Shown here: positions 12,101 through 24,150 of the stretch, in pieces
Numbering within the stretch: the first letter of the stretch is position 1
Layout of the letters: each line of letters starts with the position of its first letter
From: Lama glama
Lineage: Eukaryota
Direction of reading: 5' to 3'
Assembly: GCA_028534125.1 (NCBI GenBank)
Contig: CM052832.1
Span: forward strand, 20,834,001 to 20,894,000
DNA length: 60,000 nucleotides
The notes under the pieces: generated by a model
The model's input: the letters and a program-made list of their open reading frames with translations, nothing else
Database searches by the model: none
Told to the model about the DNA's origin: nothing
Program-made: the position numbers and the translations under genes

Positions 12101-14999
12101 AGATTTAAAACCAGTTTGCTGGAGAGGTGATCAGAAGGGTAAAAAGCAAGAATACATTTCGTTCAGCCCTTTGCTTGGCAAACTCAGGGGTGCGCACACA
12201 AGAGGGAAACCTAGTTATACTTAAACAAGTGGAAGGAGATTAAAGGAAAGGAGGAGGAACCAAACAAAGACAAAAACATTTAGAGTGACTCAAGCCATTC
12301 CAGGTAGTATACCATTTGGGCACTTAAAAGGTTTTTAAAATACTATTAATTGTTTAAATCATGATGTCGAAAGCCTCTGGGTTATAGTATGCCTTCATGA
12401 CTTCACAAAAGACACATAAAGACCTATCCTGGCTTAGTGTTCAATCTTCAGTACTAGAAAAGTGGTCAGATGGTTGGAAAGAGATGGAGCTGTTTGTGAG
12501 ATCAGGGGAGCTGATCATCTCCAAGCTTCCAGCACTGGTATCACCAGCTCTGCCCCCAGGTTATAAGAATTACATAGCATTAGGTGTCGAGCAGAACACA
12601 GTCAGGGGAGCAATTTAACTCAAGATCTAACTGTGTCTGGTGCGCTACAACAACCAACTGCTGTTTTCCCTTTTTTGTTTATTCCCAACAGTATCCCCAA
12701 AACTCATCGATCCTTGTTTGAACCCTGTAACTGTAGAAGCCAGCCTCATGTGCGAACAGAAAATAAATACTTACCTAATGAGTAAGTGATTGAGGAAATG
12801 ATGATGACTGCACCTTTGGCTTTTTGATCAATGGCAGTGGATGAAAAGTCATACTATGAATATACATCGTCAAAGCAAGTATCTAGAAGTTAAGCTTAAC
12901 TACAGCAAGGCAACATAAGTGACACTTAGTCTTGTTTCACTTTTGCTTTTGATCCACCTAATATTGCTCTCTCTAGTAATAGATGAAAGCCACAACAATG
13001 AAAAATTCTTAACAACCTAAACCACCAAGTAAGACTTACACTGGACAATTTCAGCATGATCAATTTATGATGAATCAAACAATAAACATTTGATTCGACT
13101 GGGTACCTGGAAGCAGACTGTATTTAATTTTTATGTTATGCATCTGCCCTTTACAAATGTTAATAAACTTATACTAACATTTTCACCTACTTAAGTGATT
13201 TTAAAGTGACATTTTATGTCTGTAACTTTGAACTTAAGCATTTAAATGATCATCCACTGACCCAAAGTATGTACCACAGAAGAGTTAAAATGTTCACTAA
13301 TTAAAATAATAAATGAAACTGCTTCATTTTGGAAGGAGCAGCACACCAAGGTAACCTTTTATTCAACAAATATAAATTGGCATTTTATTCAGTTGATGAC
13401 TGTTAGTATGGCTGGAAATCTTTACAAAAAATGTTATTTGGGGGATTCTTAAAGCTAGGAAGGGTGTGAAATATGAATTACAACATCAGAAAATACACTC
13501 TATTTTAGCTTAATAAGCTGTATTTCTATGCTGAAACGTAAACAATGCTGGTTTACAAAAGAGAATAAGAAGATTGATGGGTTTCTTGGCTCTGACACCA
13601 TTAGAGGATTTTTTGTTTTGTTTTGACTGTGTGGTCTCTGGTGTAAGTGGAAATCACTGTCTGAAAACATATATTGCTAAATAGACCTGAATATTTTTTA
13701 AAAACCTAAATGAAAAGAAAAACTCACATCTAAATTTCTTTTTTTTCCACGTGGTCAAGTAATCTGACTTTACAAGTTTATAAGAAATCTGCATTATTCC
13801 TCTCTCTGATGTAGTCAAGCTTCGTGTGTACTTGTGATATCACAGCATGTTCTTACAAAAATTAATTCCACATCAAAAAGGCAGGATAATGATTACTTTC
13901 AGCAGAGGGACAGATAAGGTAACAGAGGGACACTGTGGTTTAAGCACAGATAGTATATAATTAGGAACAAGAAAAATCAAAGTATTCTTGACTATATATT
14001 GCTTTTATTTTTCTCCTGATGGGCTTTCAGTTTACATTAAAAGAGCCATTAAAAATCTTCCCCTGGAAAAGATCCGTTAAAAATCACAAACACAGAGACA
14101 CTTGGAGAATACAGGAGCAGAAGGGGAAAAAAAAAGGATCATCTTATAAAATTGATCATGTGAACTCTCTACATGCAGGACATATGTCAGCAACCAGGAA
14201 AAACAAAATTTAGATAAATTCGACAGATATTCTTTCTTCTGGAGAAAAGCCTCAATCTTTCTGTACATTGTAAAGCAAAAGAGGGTAAGGTGGGAGCAGT
14301 TAAGTTTTATCCATAAGCATAAACATCAGGCTGGCTTTTGAAAAATAAGCCAAACCCAAAATAGCCCACAAAAAAAATATTTTATAATAAAAAAAAAGGA
14401 CTATATATATTTTTCCCGTCCAAATCTGGAATCCTTACTATCTAAATTTTAAACAAGCCAGAAATTGCACGCTTCAATCTGTTTGGATAGAAAAGAATTT
14501 ATATAAATGTTTTGTTCCAGCCCAAAAGGGAAAGAGGGTTTAAATATACAGTCATGAAAGATGCATGCCCAACTTCAAAACAGCTTAGTGCACAGAAGAG
14601 GAAAAATAATCTAACCTTCTGTTAGTCATTCGCAGCAGTCTTTGAGCTTAAATATCTTACAATTTGCAACATCGTTTCAATGACCTGGGGATGTTAAGAG
14701 ATTAACCAAAATTTCCTAACTGTCTTGCTCTGGTGCCTCCTTGGTGGGGAGAACAAGAGGGTCAAAGAACAAAATGGAAACAAAAATCTGTATTTTGCTC
14801 CCTTCCTCCGCACTTGAGAAAGAAAAACGGGGCAGATAAATCTGTATAATACTAAACCAAATCTCTTTAATTCCAGTCGGCTTTTATCATTCAGTCACTG
14901 AGTCTGTGTGTGGAAAAATTCATGCTAATTCCCCCTAGCAACAGCCTCAGCCTATCAGGAGGCTTTATGGACCATGCAGCTGCCAGGCAGAGAGAATAA

Positions 15000-15514
15000 G
15001 TCTAAGTAGGTCAGGCCTGTATTTCTAAAAATGCTACGGTCTAGTAACCCCACTGTCCCGTCTGTCTGCCCTGCCCCATAATAACCTCAATTGCTTGGTG
15101 ACACAATGACATACTACCCTGGTGGAGAGCAATCGCATCATGCTACATTATTCTGCTTGGAGCATGACTGCCAGGGGAAGGACCCTCGGAGGGACAGCAT
15201 TAATCAGGCAGCCATTCACGTCCACCAGCACTTCACTCGAGAAATGGGGACTGCATTAATGACCAGCTGTTTGAGCTAACACAAACAAAATAATGTCTTC
15301 CACCCTGTTGGGTGCACAGAAGACGCTATTCTGATCTGGCAGGTTCCACTCCTTGACTAAATCGAAGATGTAAATTAAAAGGGCTCCGACCATGTCGGCT
15401 TTGGCAACCTCAGAGTAAGTATATTTAAATTATATTACATGGGATTCAAAAAAGCTATTGATTTAATATCCACGGCTTTCCCTGCGGACGGTTCCCCTAA
15501 TCCACATCAAAAAA

Positions 15515-15554
<40 letters not shown>

Positions 15555-17600
15555 AATGCATACACAGGGTAACGCAATACATATGCACATATTACCCAGG
15601 AGCTGAACTAAAATTGACTTCAGGCAGAGAAACAAAGCGGGTGAGGAATTATTGTGCAGAGTGAACACAAATACAAATACGAAATGAATGCTGCGGGAGG
15701 AGTGCTGAAAACAAATAAGAGTAAACATCCTAAGCCTACCAACCAATCAGCTCCTCCCACTGTCTCTTTGTGGGGGCTGCAGTCACACCAAAACCTCTAA
15801 GCACCAGAGCCAAGGGAGGGAAGTGAACACAGCCTTCAAATCTCCACTACTGTGCTGCCCTGACTTCCCAGGGGGTTACCAAGGGACTGCTGTCTGGCTT
15901 CAAGACAGCCACGGCTCCTTCCAGGTTTATACCAGGGCTACCAACAGAAATCAGAACCCCAATGTGAGTTTTCCAATGCTAACATGGGGATTTCAGAATG
16001 TAATTGACCATATTTATTTGAATGTAATTTTTAACTCCTCTCCACAATGACTCACAAAAACAAGCAAACAAAAATTACATGTGGATGCAGAGATAAGGGA
16101 AGCTGGCAGAGCAGTTTCCAGCTAGTTGGGGAAATATCTTGTACTGATGGGGCAGGCACTGATTATTTTCTTGCACGATTAATCTGCGTTTTTAAGGGTT
16201 CATGGTTTCATTTAATGAACATAGAGTATCCCCTGCCCAACAAACTGGTAATTCAGCCTTCAATTATGCAGAATTCAGCAAGTCTTAGACGTGTAATCCA
16301 TCAGTATTCGATTTAAAAACACAGAAAATTCCTTAATCCATTTGCCCTTGTTTGAACTGGGTTTGATAACTTAGTTATGACTATCTTCTTCACTTTGTGG
16401 CACACATCACACAGTTATTCTTGGAGAGATACAGTCACTGACGCAACCATGAACCACTAATTACAAGCTGCTGACATTCTGCTTGTCTGTGCAGCTTTGA
16501 AGTTCTAAGTCTGTTTTTCTTCCCTATGCGCTTGCTCAGTTTCCTTCTCTTTCCCTCATTGCTCTCCTCTTCCCTCCTCCCCCACCATCATTCCCCCTTT
16601 CCTTCTTTCTGTGATTCGCTCTAGAACTACCTGGAGAAATCAGTAAGAGTGACCGGCTTCTCCAACCTGCTTTCTTTCCATCTGCTCCCTACTCTCCACA
16701 CACACACACAGATCTACAGTTTGGAAGTACAGTAACAAGATCCCCACCCAGCCCCGCCCGCAGGAATGCATCAACAGCTGGCCAAACATAATCCAACACA
16801 CAGAGCTGCCTTTGTAGAAATAGTAACAAACAGTGGAAGGGCCAGACAGGCGTCCCAGAAGAGCTCCCCATGACAACTGGGAAAGTGCCTCATCCCCAGA
16901 TTTGAGCTGACTCTACCAAGCTGGGGTGAGAGCACCCCAGCTCACTCATCTGAATCCAAAACAAGCCCCAGGTGCCTCCACCAACCTGACCAGAGGCTGT
17001 TCCAAGGGCACCCGCCTCTCCATACAGCAAGGCAGATGCACTAAGTATGACCATGCTCTGCCACATGGCACACGCCCTTGGAAATGCAACACCGCGATCC
17101 CAAACCTCATGACGGCATCCGCATCTGTATCTAACCATCTACCGGCGAGTTGGTAGGACCACCTATCTTCCTTAGAAAAGGACTTTCTTTTTTTAATTAA
17201 AGACTGATCCTGGAATTCTGAAACACATGAATATTAGACTGCATTCATCTCCACTGAACATGTAGCACCTGAAGCCTGTGGTAGCCAGCTGGTCTCAAAC
17301 TCATCTGGGATACATATATTTTGATTAAATTGATCAGATTTCTATTTACAGGATAGACTTTTTCACCATGCTGAATACAGCTGTGTTTACAGGCATTTGT
17401 AGACGAAGAAGAAAACAAAACCCTGCAATCAGTCCCAGGAAAGCACAGAGCACTCAGAACTTCAAGGAGTTAAAGCTGAGGAGGGCTGCTTTCACAGTAA
17501 CAGGAAAATTCTGCAGGCAGCTGCTTTGGCCATGCTCTCTAGCTCGTCAGGAAATGGGTGTTGAGCTGAAGCTGAGAATACAAGCTGCAATCAAGCCCGA
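15000..17600. promoter_or_regulatory. Candidate enhancer cluster (repeat-free, rich in homeodomain and E-box motifs)
   Basis: No recognisable TE. ATTAATCA (PBX-HOX-type TGATTAAT) at 15199-15206, GCATTAAT at 15253, several CAGCTG E-boxes (e.g. 15264, ~16775, ~17287, ~17378, ~17518) and a GC box at ~16752. Motif-based inference only. Confidence 0.4.
15517..15556 (+). repeat. (GAAA)10 microsatellite after an A run
   Basis: Directly visible. Confidence 0.95.
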
Positions 17601-18000
17601 TCCAGCAAAGTGACAGACTTCCTGTGTAAAATGGTCAGAAATCTCTCCTTTTCTCCTGTTTCTACATGCATGCACATGCATTTAATTCCATGCTGCAAGG
17701 CTGCTCTTTTCTCCGGGGACACTGGTACAGTCACCTAGCCCATCAGTTTCTTCCCTGACAGCACCGGGAACATCCAGACTACAATTTACAGTTCCTCCAT
17801 CCATGTACTTGGTTATAAATTATGCCATCCTCCCTAGAATGAGAATGCAGAGCAAGCGGCAGAAAAACACAACGGCATTCGGCATCTCCTCTTTCTTCTC
17901 AGGCGCTCCCTCCTCTGCCTCTCTCCAACTCTGCCTCGTTGTCAGGCAGGCAAACACATCAGATACCTGGTTTATCCATCTTCAGCTCCACTCTCAGGTA

Positions 18001-18510
18001 AAATGCCACCATATCTCGGCACAGGTTGTCCCCACAGACTCATCCCCGGGAGAAGCCCGAGCTGAGTGTGTGTGGCGGGGGCTGAGGCTGCGCTTGCCCG
18101 GCAGAGGACCGGTGGGCATCGGATGGGTAGTGCTCCTCCTAACTTCCCCTTCCCCGGTCCTTGGCGCTGTCTATCCACCCCACCCCGGGTCTTCTGCTGC
18201 GTCACCCTGTCCTCCAGTCCCCTCGTCCGGCTGCGAGGGGACCCTGGCCAGAGCTCCACCGGCAGGTCCTCCTCCCGCACTGCGTAGACCAACGATTCCA
18301 GGTTGGGGTGCACCATGGCGAAGCGGAGGCCAGGAGACAGCAGGCGCAGCGCAGGTAACCAGGGGAAGCTTGGTGTGCCCACAGCGATGCAGCCCTGGAG
18401 CTGTGAGGAAAGACGGTCTGGTCTGGCTTCAGAATGAGAGAAGAAGGAAAAAAAAAAAAAAAACAGGAAAGAAACACAAAACAGCGCAGCTCAGCGCCTG
18501 CGGGGGTAGA
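18001..18510. promoter_or_regulatory. Small CpG-rich island
   Basis: About 25 CpGs by hand count in 18001-18420 and clearly GC-rich, against a CpG-depleted AT-rich background. Confidence 0.75.
18206..18316 (-). CDS. Candidate coding part of an alternative exon: MVHPNLESLVYAVREEDLPVELWPGSPRSRTRGLEDR (host gene not identified)
   Basis: ATG at 18316 in strong Kozak context TTCGCCATGG. 37 codons, many ending in G/C, reach a possible donor AGG|GTGACG (GT at 18205-18204, phase 0). Unspliced, the frame runs to a stop at 17972 (114 aa). I do not recognise the peptide. Confidence 0.35.
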
Positions 18511-18589
18511 AAAAAAAAAAAAACAGACACAAATCGTAAAAAAAAAAAAAGCAAGAGTTAAAATCAAATTTCCAAAAAAAAAGAAAAAA

Positions 18590-18775
18590 AAAACATAGAT
18601 CAGAGGACTTCATGCGACTTTTATTTCTGACGTTTCTGGGTTTATTGGCCTCCCCGCCCCCTCCAAAATCTCTTCTGCCCCTGAAAGATACTGCCCATGA
18701 GTTGCCGAGTCACAAAGGCTTTTGCTCCAAAGTACTGCAGACCCAGCGTCACATGAGAAGCCACATGACAACTGG
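18590..18775 (-). promoter_or_regulatory. Candidate proximal promoter oriented along the minus strand
   Basis: In minus-strand order: two CATGTG E-boxes/M-boxes (18762-18769, 18748-18756), GC box GGGGCGGGG (18652-18660), CCAAT (18644-18648), CRE-like ACGTCA (18628-18633) and TATA-like AATAAAAG (18618-18625). All lie just upstream of the CpG-rich segment. Confidence 0.55.
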
Positions 18776-19819
18776 AGTCGGCTGCTGATGTGGTCAACTA
18801 TGTTGCCGAGGCAGGGGGAGCAGGAGGGAGACAAACATTAAGCGAGACACGCTGCCAGGAAGAAATTTCCTTAAAAGAACAATGAGGAAAAGGCATCTCT
18901 GAAGAAATGCCTGGGAATGCCCATAGACTTTTATACATGCACACTTACTAAAGAGACCATGGGTGCTTGGAGACATTTTTGAGGATGCTGTACCGCAGAC
19001 ACTAGCTGGATGGCAGCAATATTATTTCTAGTTTGTATTAGCCAAAGCTGATTCCACTTAAGTGGATTCCTGAAAAGCACACACCATGTCTTCATAGCAT
19101 GATCAGGCTTGGAAAACCAATTCTATTATCTCTCCCTGCAATCTGTATCTGAACCTGCATTCTGAATAATTTATTTTTAGACTAATACAATGCTTGCCAA
19201 GACCGCTCCCTTTCTTCAGCGAGTGGCGCAGGCAGTATTCACCCAAGTGGGAGAAGCTCGTCCCGTTGTAGGGAGAAGAGACGAGACGGTTTTCATCATT
19301 TTCAAAAAATGCAATTTCTTATTTAAAGGCATACAAACACATAATAAAGTTCTCCTGCAAATAAGCATTAAAAACAAGTGAAATGTTTCTGCTTCGTTGA
19401 ATTGACATGTCCCTTATTTGCAGTCTGGCATCTCATGCTGGCAAATGGTGGTGATATTTTTCTAACACTGCTCAGTGGCTGCACTAGAGCACATGGATAC
19501 TGCTACTTCTCAGCAGGGCGAGATCAAACAACTGCTTTCTGGAGCACTTCTCTGCAGAGGGACCGCATTGCCAGGTATGTTTTACTAGTTTCATTAAGGC
19601 TTGTAGGAGAGAGACGGCCTCGGGGCCTTGGAGATTTCATCACTCATCCTGGAATCAAGTGAACTGCCTCGTTAGGACATCCTGCCCACGATGTGAGAGG
19701 TATGTTTCTTTAGAAAATTAGATCATGCCAGCTAACTAGAACCAGAGAATCATTAAACAGGTGGCGAAAACTGTCTGCAACTTGTCTTATTCAACTGCAG
19801 ACATCAAGGTAAGTGGCCA

Positions 19820-19930
19820 TGAATTCATTCAAGATGCACTGATCAGCCCCCAGGATTGTCCTAGATACTGGGGATCCACTGGGGAGCAAGAGGGCGTGGT
19901 CTCTGTCATCTTGAAGCTCACAGTCTAGTA
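19820..19930 (-). mobile_element. L2 3' end remnant
   Basis: ATTCATTCAAGATGCACTGATCAGC...CTAGATACTGGGA...TCTCTGTCATCTTGAAGCTCACAGTCTAGT. Confidence 0.6.
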
Positions 19931-20819
19931 ACTGCATGCCCTTTTCCCTTTTTTTTTTTCTCCTTCTCTCAATTTGAATACTCCAAAGCTATCCAACAAA
20001 GAAACCCAGTAGTCACTTTTTCACTCGTTCCTGGCCAACATCACGTATGAACTCCCAAATTCTACAGATTCTTTCCTTACAAACTACCTTTGAATATAAG
20101 ATTTCCTCTTCATGGCTCTGGAGTCCATGCTTCTGCACTCATGCCCTCACACTCAACCATCTTCTCTCTGGTCTCCCTCTTTTTGTTCCAGTCCAGTGGG
20201 CAACCTGCCTCTAGATGAATCCTACTAAACCACCATGCTGTCAATGTCCAGAACCCCTGTTCCTGTGGTCTGGATGGTCCTCTGTCCAAAACCGAGGATG
20301 GCTCCTTATTTCTCGCAGGCAGCTGCCACCAGTAAAGACACTGGTCTGATTGTACATTACCTATTTGTAAATTATCTGACTGGCTGCTATCTATTTAAGT
20401 AGAGTGGTCTATTCCTGATCCTCGGAACACAGCATCCACTGAATCAGGAAAAATATAATTCTGGCATACTTTTGGTAATAACCATGCATAGAAGACCGTA
20501 AGAAAAACAAAAGACACATAAGGCACTATCCCTGCCCTCAAAGAACCTATAATCTACAGAATCTGGGCTACTTTTCTATTAGCACTAACCATTTACTATC
20601 TTGAATTGCTATCTCTTCAAGTTTTATTTCCTATAAAATAATAAATAGGTCTAACTCTGCCCACTCAAGGAATGTTGCATAAATAACAGCAAAAGGGCTG
20701 AAAAGGCGAAGACTACTTCTACCTAAATTGTCGGGAAATATCCCCAAAGAACCCCGAGATTTGCAGTGAGCTATGAAATGTCTGGCCAGGGGAGGGGAGA
20801 GGGGTTTGGGTCGTAACAG

Positions 20820-21070
20820 TAACATCAGTAGCCAAACACTAGCTCTTAATATGTGCCAGGGTCTCTTCTAAGCATTTCACACACAAACATACTTAATCCT
20901 AACAATCCTGTGAGGGACTTACTGCTTTAATAAGCTCTTTTCAATGACATAGGACAGAGGCACAGAGGAGAGGTTAAGTAAGCTGCCCAAGATTGTGCAG
21001 CGAGCAATTGGTAAAGCACTTCTGGCCCCGAGCACATCTTCTGGACCACCAGGCTGGACTGCCTCCGAGT
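20820..21070 (-). mobile_element. MIR SINE
   Basis: ATGTGCCAGG...CTAAGCATTTCAC...TTAATCCTAACAATCCTGTGAGG...ACAGAGGCACAGAGGAGAGGTTAAGTAAGCTGCCCAAGATTG. Confidence 0.8.
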
Positions 21071-23461
21071 TGGAAAATAGTGGGAGGGAAACCAGAAAGG
21101 TGAGAATGCGCAACCGTGCCTGCAGGTGCATGAAGGGATCAATTTGGTTCAAGGAGGGTAATAGTTCTGTACAAGTGAGACTGAGACCGAGGAGAGCCAT
21201 GTTATAAGGCTAGGGCGTTTACCAGCCTAAGCCATGGGAACAACCAAACTGTAAGAGAATGAGGCTGAAATAGAGGGGGGAGGAAAACTAGGTTTCAGAA
21301 GAGGAATAAAGAGGCTCCCTTCAATAGCCTGACCATAAGGGCATGGTGCCTGAACTCTGGTGGTGGCAGAAGAAAACCTGAGATAGATTCTGGAGGCTCT
21401 ACAAAGAAAGAAATGACATTACTAAGGTATTCTCGGGGGACGGGGAAAAGGATGACAGCAAAGTTGACTGCACGTCTTGTTAAGCCTGGAAAAATAAAGC
21501 AAGCAGTGCCTTGAGCTTAGGAGGTGTGTCATTAATCTGTTTTCCCAGTAGCAAGCACAACACTTTACGAATCTTTTTAAAATGGTGAGTGACTAAATGA
21601 AAGTAATGGAGGAAGAAATGGGAAAATTAAAAGTGATGCCACACAGAAGGAATAACTCTACAGATAACTTAGTATTTCATAGAATATCCAAGAAGAAAGG
21701 TCCATCGTGAAATTTTAGACAAGAGAAATAGAACTCATCTTTCCTTTCCACCTTTGGCCCAGATTTTCAACGATGCCTGTGTTCACCCACCACACACCTC
21801 AGACGCTCCTCTCCAGGTTGATTTGGATCAGGAGGTGCTTGTCCTGACCTGTTCCAGCCACGTCACCCTTTGCCCATCTCCTGCAGACCCCCACCTTCTC
21901 CAGGTCCAGCCCCTAATTCAAACACTGCACTTGCCAAGGCAGTAAAATCAGCATGCTTACGTACTTTACCATTCTTTTATTTTTCTGACATGAGGCAAAG
22001 CAGGCAAACCACACGAGTTTATCAGCCTTCGCATACAATTTTAGCTAACCAGAATACTACATTAACAAATGTACCTCATTTTGTAGGCAGTTAATGAAGG
22101 TAAATGTGACATACTGCCTCTGGCTCTGCACGGAAAAAGGGGTGTTATTGCCTCATATTATAGCCGGGGAAAAAAAGTGTTAATAATCTTTCTCATCAGC
22201 AGTAAAGAATTGGGCTTTTAATACCCAGATATATTTTAGTAAAAGGCTAGTATATCATCTCTAAGTGGAGTTCAAGAGTGACGTTAGATAACTAGGGCAT
22301 TTCAAGAGCCTGCTTACACTAGAGACTGAGGGAAAAAAGAAAAAAAGAAGAAAAAATTCAGTCAAAGCCAAATGTATTCCTCCATTCTTGAAAGAAAAAA
22401 GAAAAAAAATGTGAATTATGTCAGGGATATTTTTATATTGCTTTCAATCAATTCTAGTAATTAATCTTTAAATATTAAGATGGAAACTTGGATCTGGCGA
22501 GCGACTTTGAGTAAATGGGTACTGTGTGAACAAGGTCATCGTTTTATTCCAGGACACTCACACAAATGTGTCAGGTGGACCTTCTAACATGAGATGGTGT
22601 ATTAAGCATGATGGGAGAAGAGTAAAATGAATGAGACACTGTCTAGGCCCCTCAAGAACTTATGCTACTCTTTCCCAGGAAGTCACTTTGCCCCTTTGAC
22701 AAAGGGGACCTATTGCTTTTGATAAGAGTCAAGAATAGCAGAGATTGGTTTAAAAAAAGAAAAACAAAAAGGATACGGCTTCATGAAAGAAGTCAACCCA
22801 TCTAGGCCACTTTGAGGTCTTACCATAAAGGAAATAGGTTGGATGATATGAATATTCAATGTGTGTGACTCTTAAACCTGTTCAGTGGAGAACGCTACAT
22901 CTTGTTTTTGCAACCCTGGGCAATATTAATGACAGTGGCGAGAGTGTAGAGAAAGGAAGGATGTAGAGGCTTATACAGTAGGTTACTAGAGTACTTAAAA
23001 CTGCATACCTTTTTTTCTAATGTTCCCAAAATGGATACTGAATCAAGATTAGCTCTTCACAAGCAGAATGACAAAGTGACTAACTGCTGGCCCCTGGCAG
23101 AGCCCTGGTTTCCCCTCTTTCTGTTACCCGGGATTACTACCCCGATCCATTTCACAGGGGCCTAATGGCAACTTGAAGGTGGAAGGACTGTGTTTGTTCA
23201 CCTGTGAGTGCTTTGCCCTTAGACTCTGCAGAGCACTGTCAGGAAGTCAGTTTTTCCATGCTCTTTACAGTAAACAAAGACAGTGTGGCTGGGCTCCAAA
23301 TGTTACAGAAGGTCAGGGACCAAACTGCCTCAAAGACAAAGACCGCTTCCAGAAATTGAAACACAGAATAGATGTGAGCACCATCAACATTCCAAACTGT
23401 GCTCCTGTCCAGTGTTTGGTTCAAACAATGTGACACATACCCAGCGTCGAAGCATAACAGA

Positions 23462-24150
23462 AACAGAATCATAAAACCCCAGGTGCTGGAAAGCACCTTA
23501 AAGGTCATCTGGTCCAACTGCAGATCTGAATTGTGAATGCTGCCCTTAAAAATCTCTCTTCCATGCAACCGTCCAGGCTTGGAGGGAACACCTCCAGTGA
23601 CTGAAAATGCACTGCCCGGGGAGGGAGACAGGACATTTCATCTTTCGAAGCCTTGAGCCAAAAAGGTCAGGCTCACCGGAGCTTCTATTCATTGGCCCTC
23701 AATTGAGAGATTTGGGAGCCCAAGTCTAGTGTGCTTTTCATATGATGATCCTTCAAATATTAGAGGGAACCTATCATCAACCACTCAGATGGTTTTCCTC
23801 TAGATGAAATATTTGAGTTTCTTTAGCCGCTACTCTGTGACATCAACTCCATTCAATATCCTCTTTTCCAGCCTACGAATACATTCCAGTGTATCAGTGA
23901 CCCAGTGAATGATATGTCACATGCAACACAACACAAGGTCCCACAGTGCAGCCACACAGAGTAAACAGAACTACCACCTGCCTCCTTTTAAAAGACCAGA
24001 TTTCAGACAAGGTGGCATAATCTGCCTGTGCTTTCCTAGTGGGCACATCACAATGCGGACTCACTGGGCTCACCTGTGCCCGTTCATACTAAATCACTGG
24101 ATAGTGACTTTATGCAATTCTCTGACAGTTTTTCTTTCATGTTTGGTTGA
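23462..24150 (-). mobile_element. L3/CR1 LINE 3' remnant
   Basis: ACAGAATCATAA...GCTGGAAAGCACCTTAAAGGTCATCTGGTCCAAC...GAACACCTCCAGTGACTGAAAATGCACTGCC...CCTTCAAATATTT is typical of the antisense CR1/L3 3' end. Confidence 0.65.

Noticed and set aside
13040..13106. 67-nt minus-strand segment with acceptor and GTAAGT donor (YPVESNVYCLIHHKLIMLKLSS)
   Set aside because: Short pyrimidine tract and an unrecognised peptide. Such site pairs are common by chance in 60 kb.
17803..18561. 252-aa + strand ORF, the longest gap-free ORF
   Set aside because: It is explained by stop-codon scarcity in the GC-rich island plus poly-A runs read as lysines. There is no recognisable domain, and the promoter motifs and Kozak context point the other way.
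22318..22325. 8-nt micro-exon candidate on minus (CCCTCAG|TCTCTAGT|GTAAGC) after a strong pyrimidine tract
   Set aside because: Length is not a multiple of 3, the donor context is weak, and the tract is a simple A-rich repeat.
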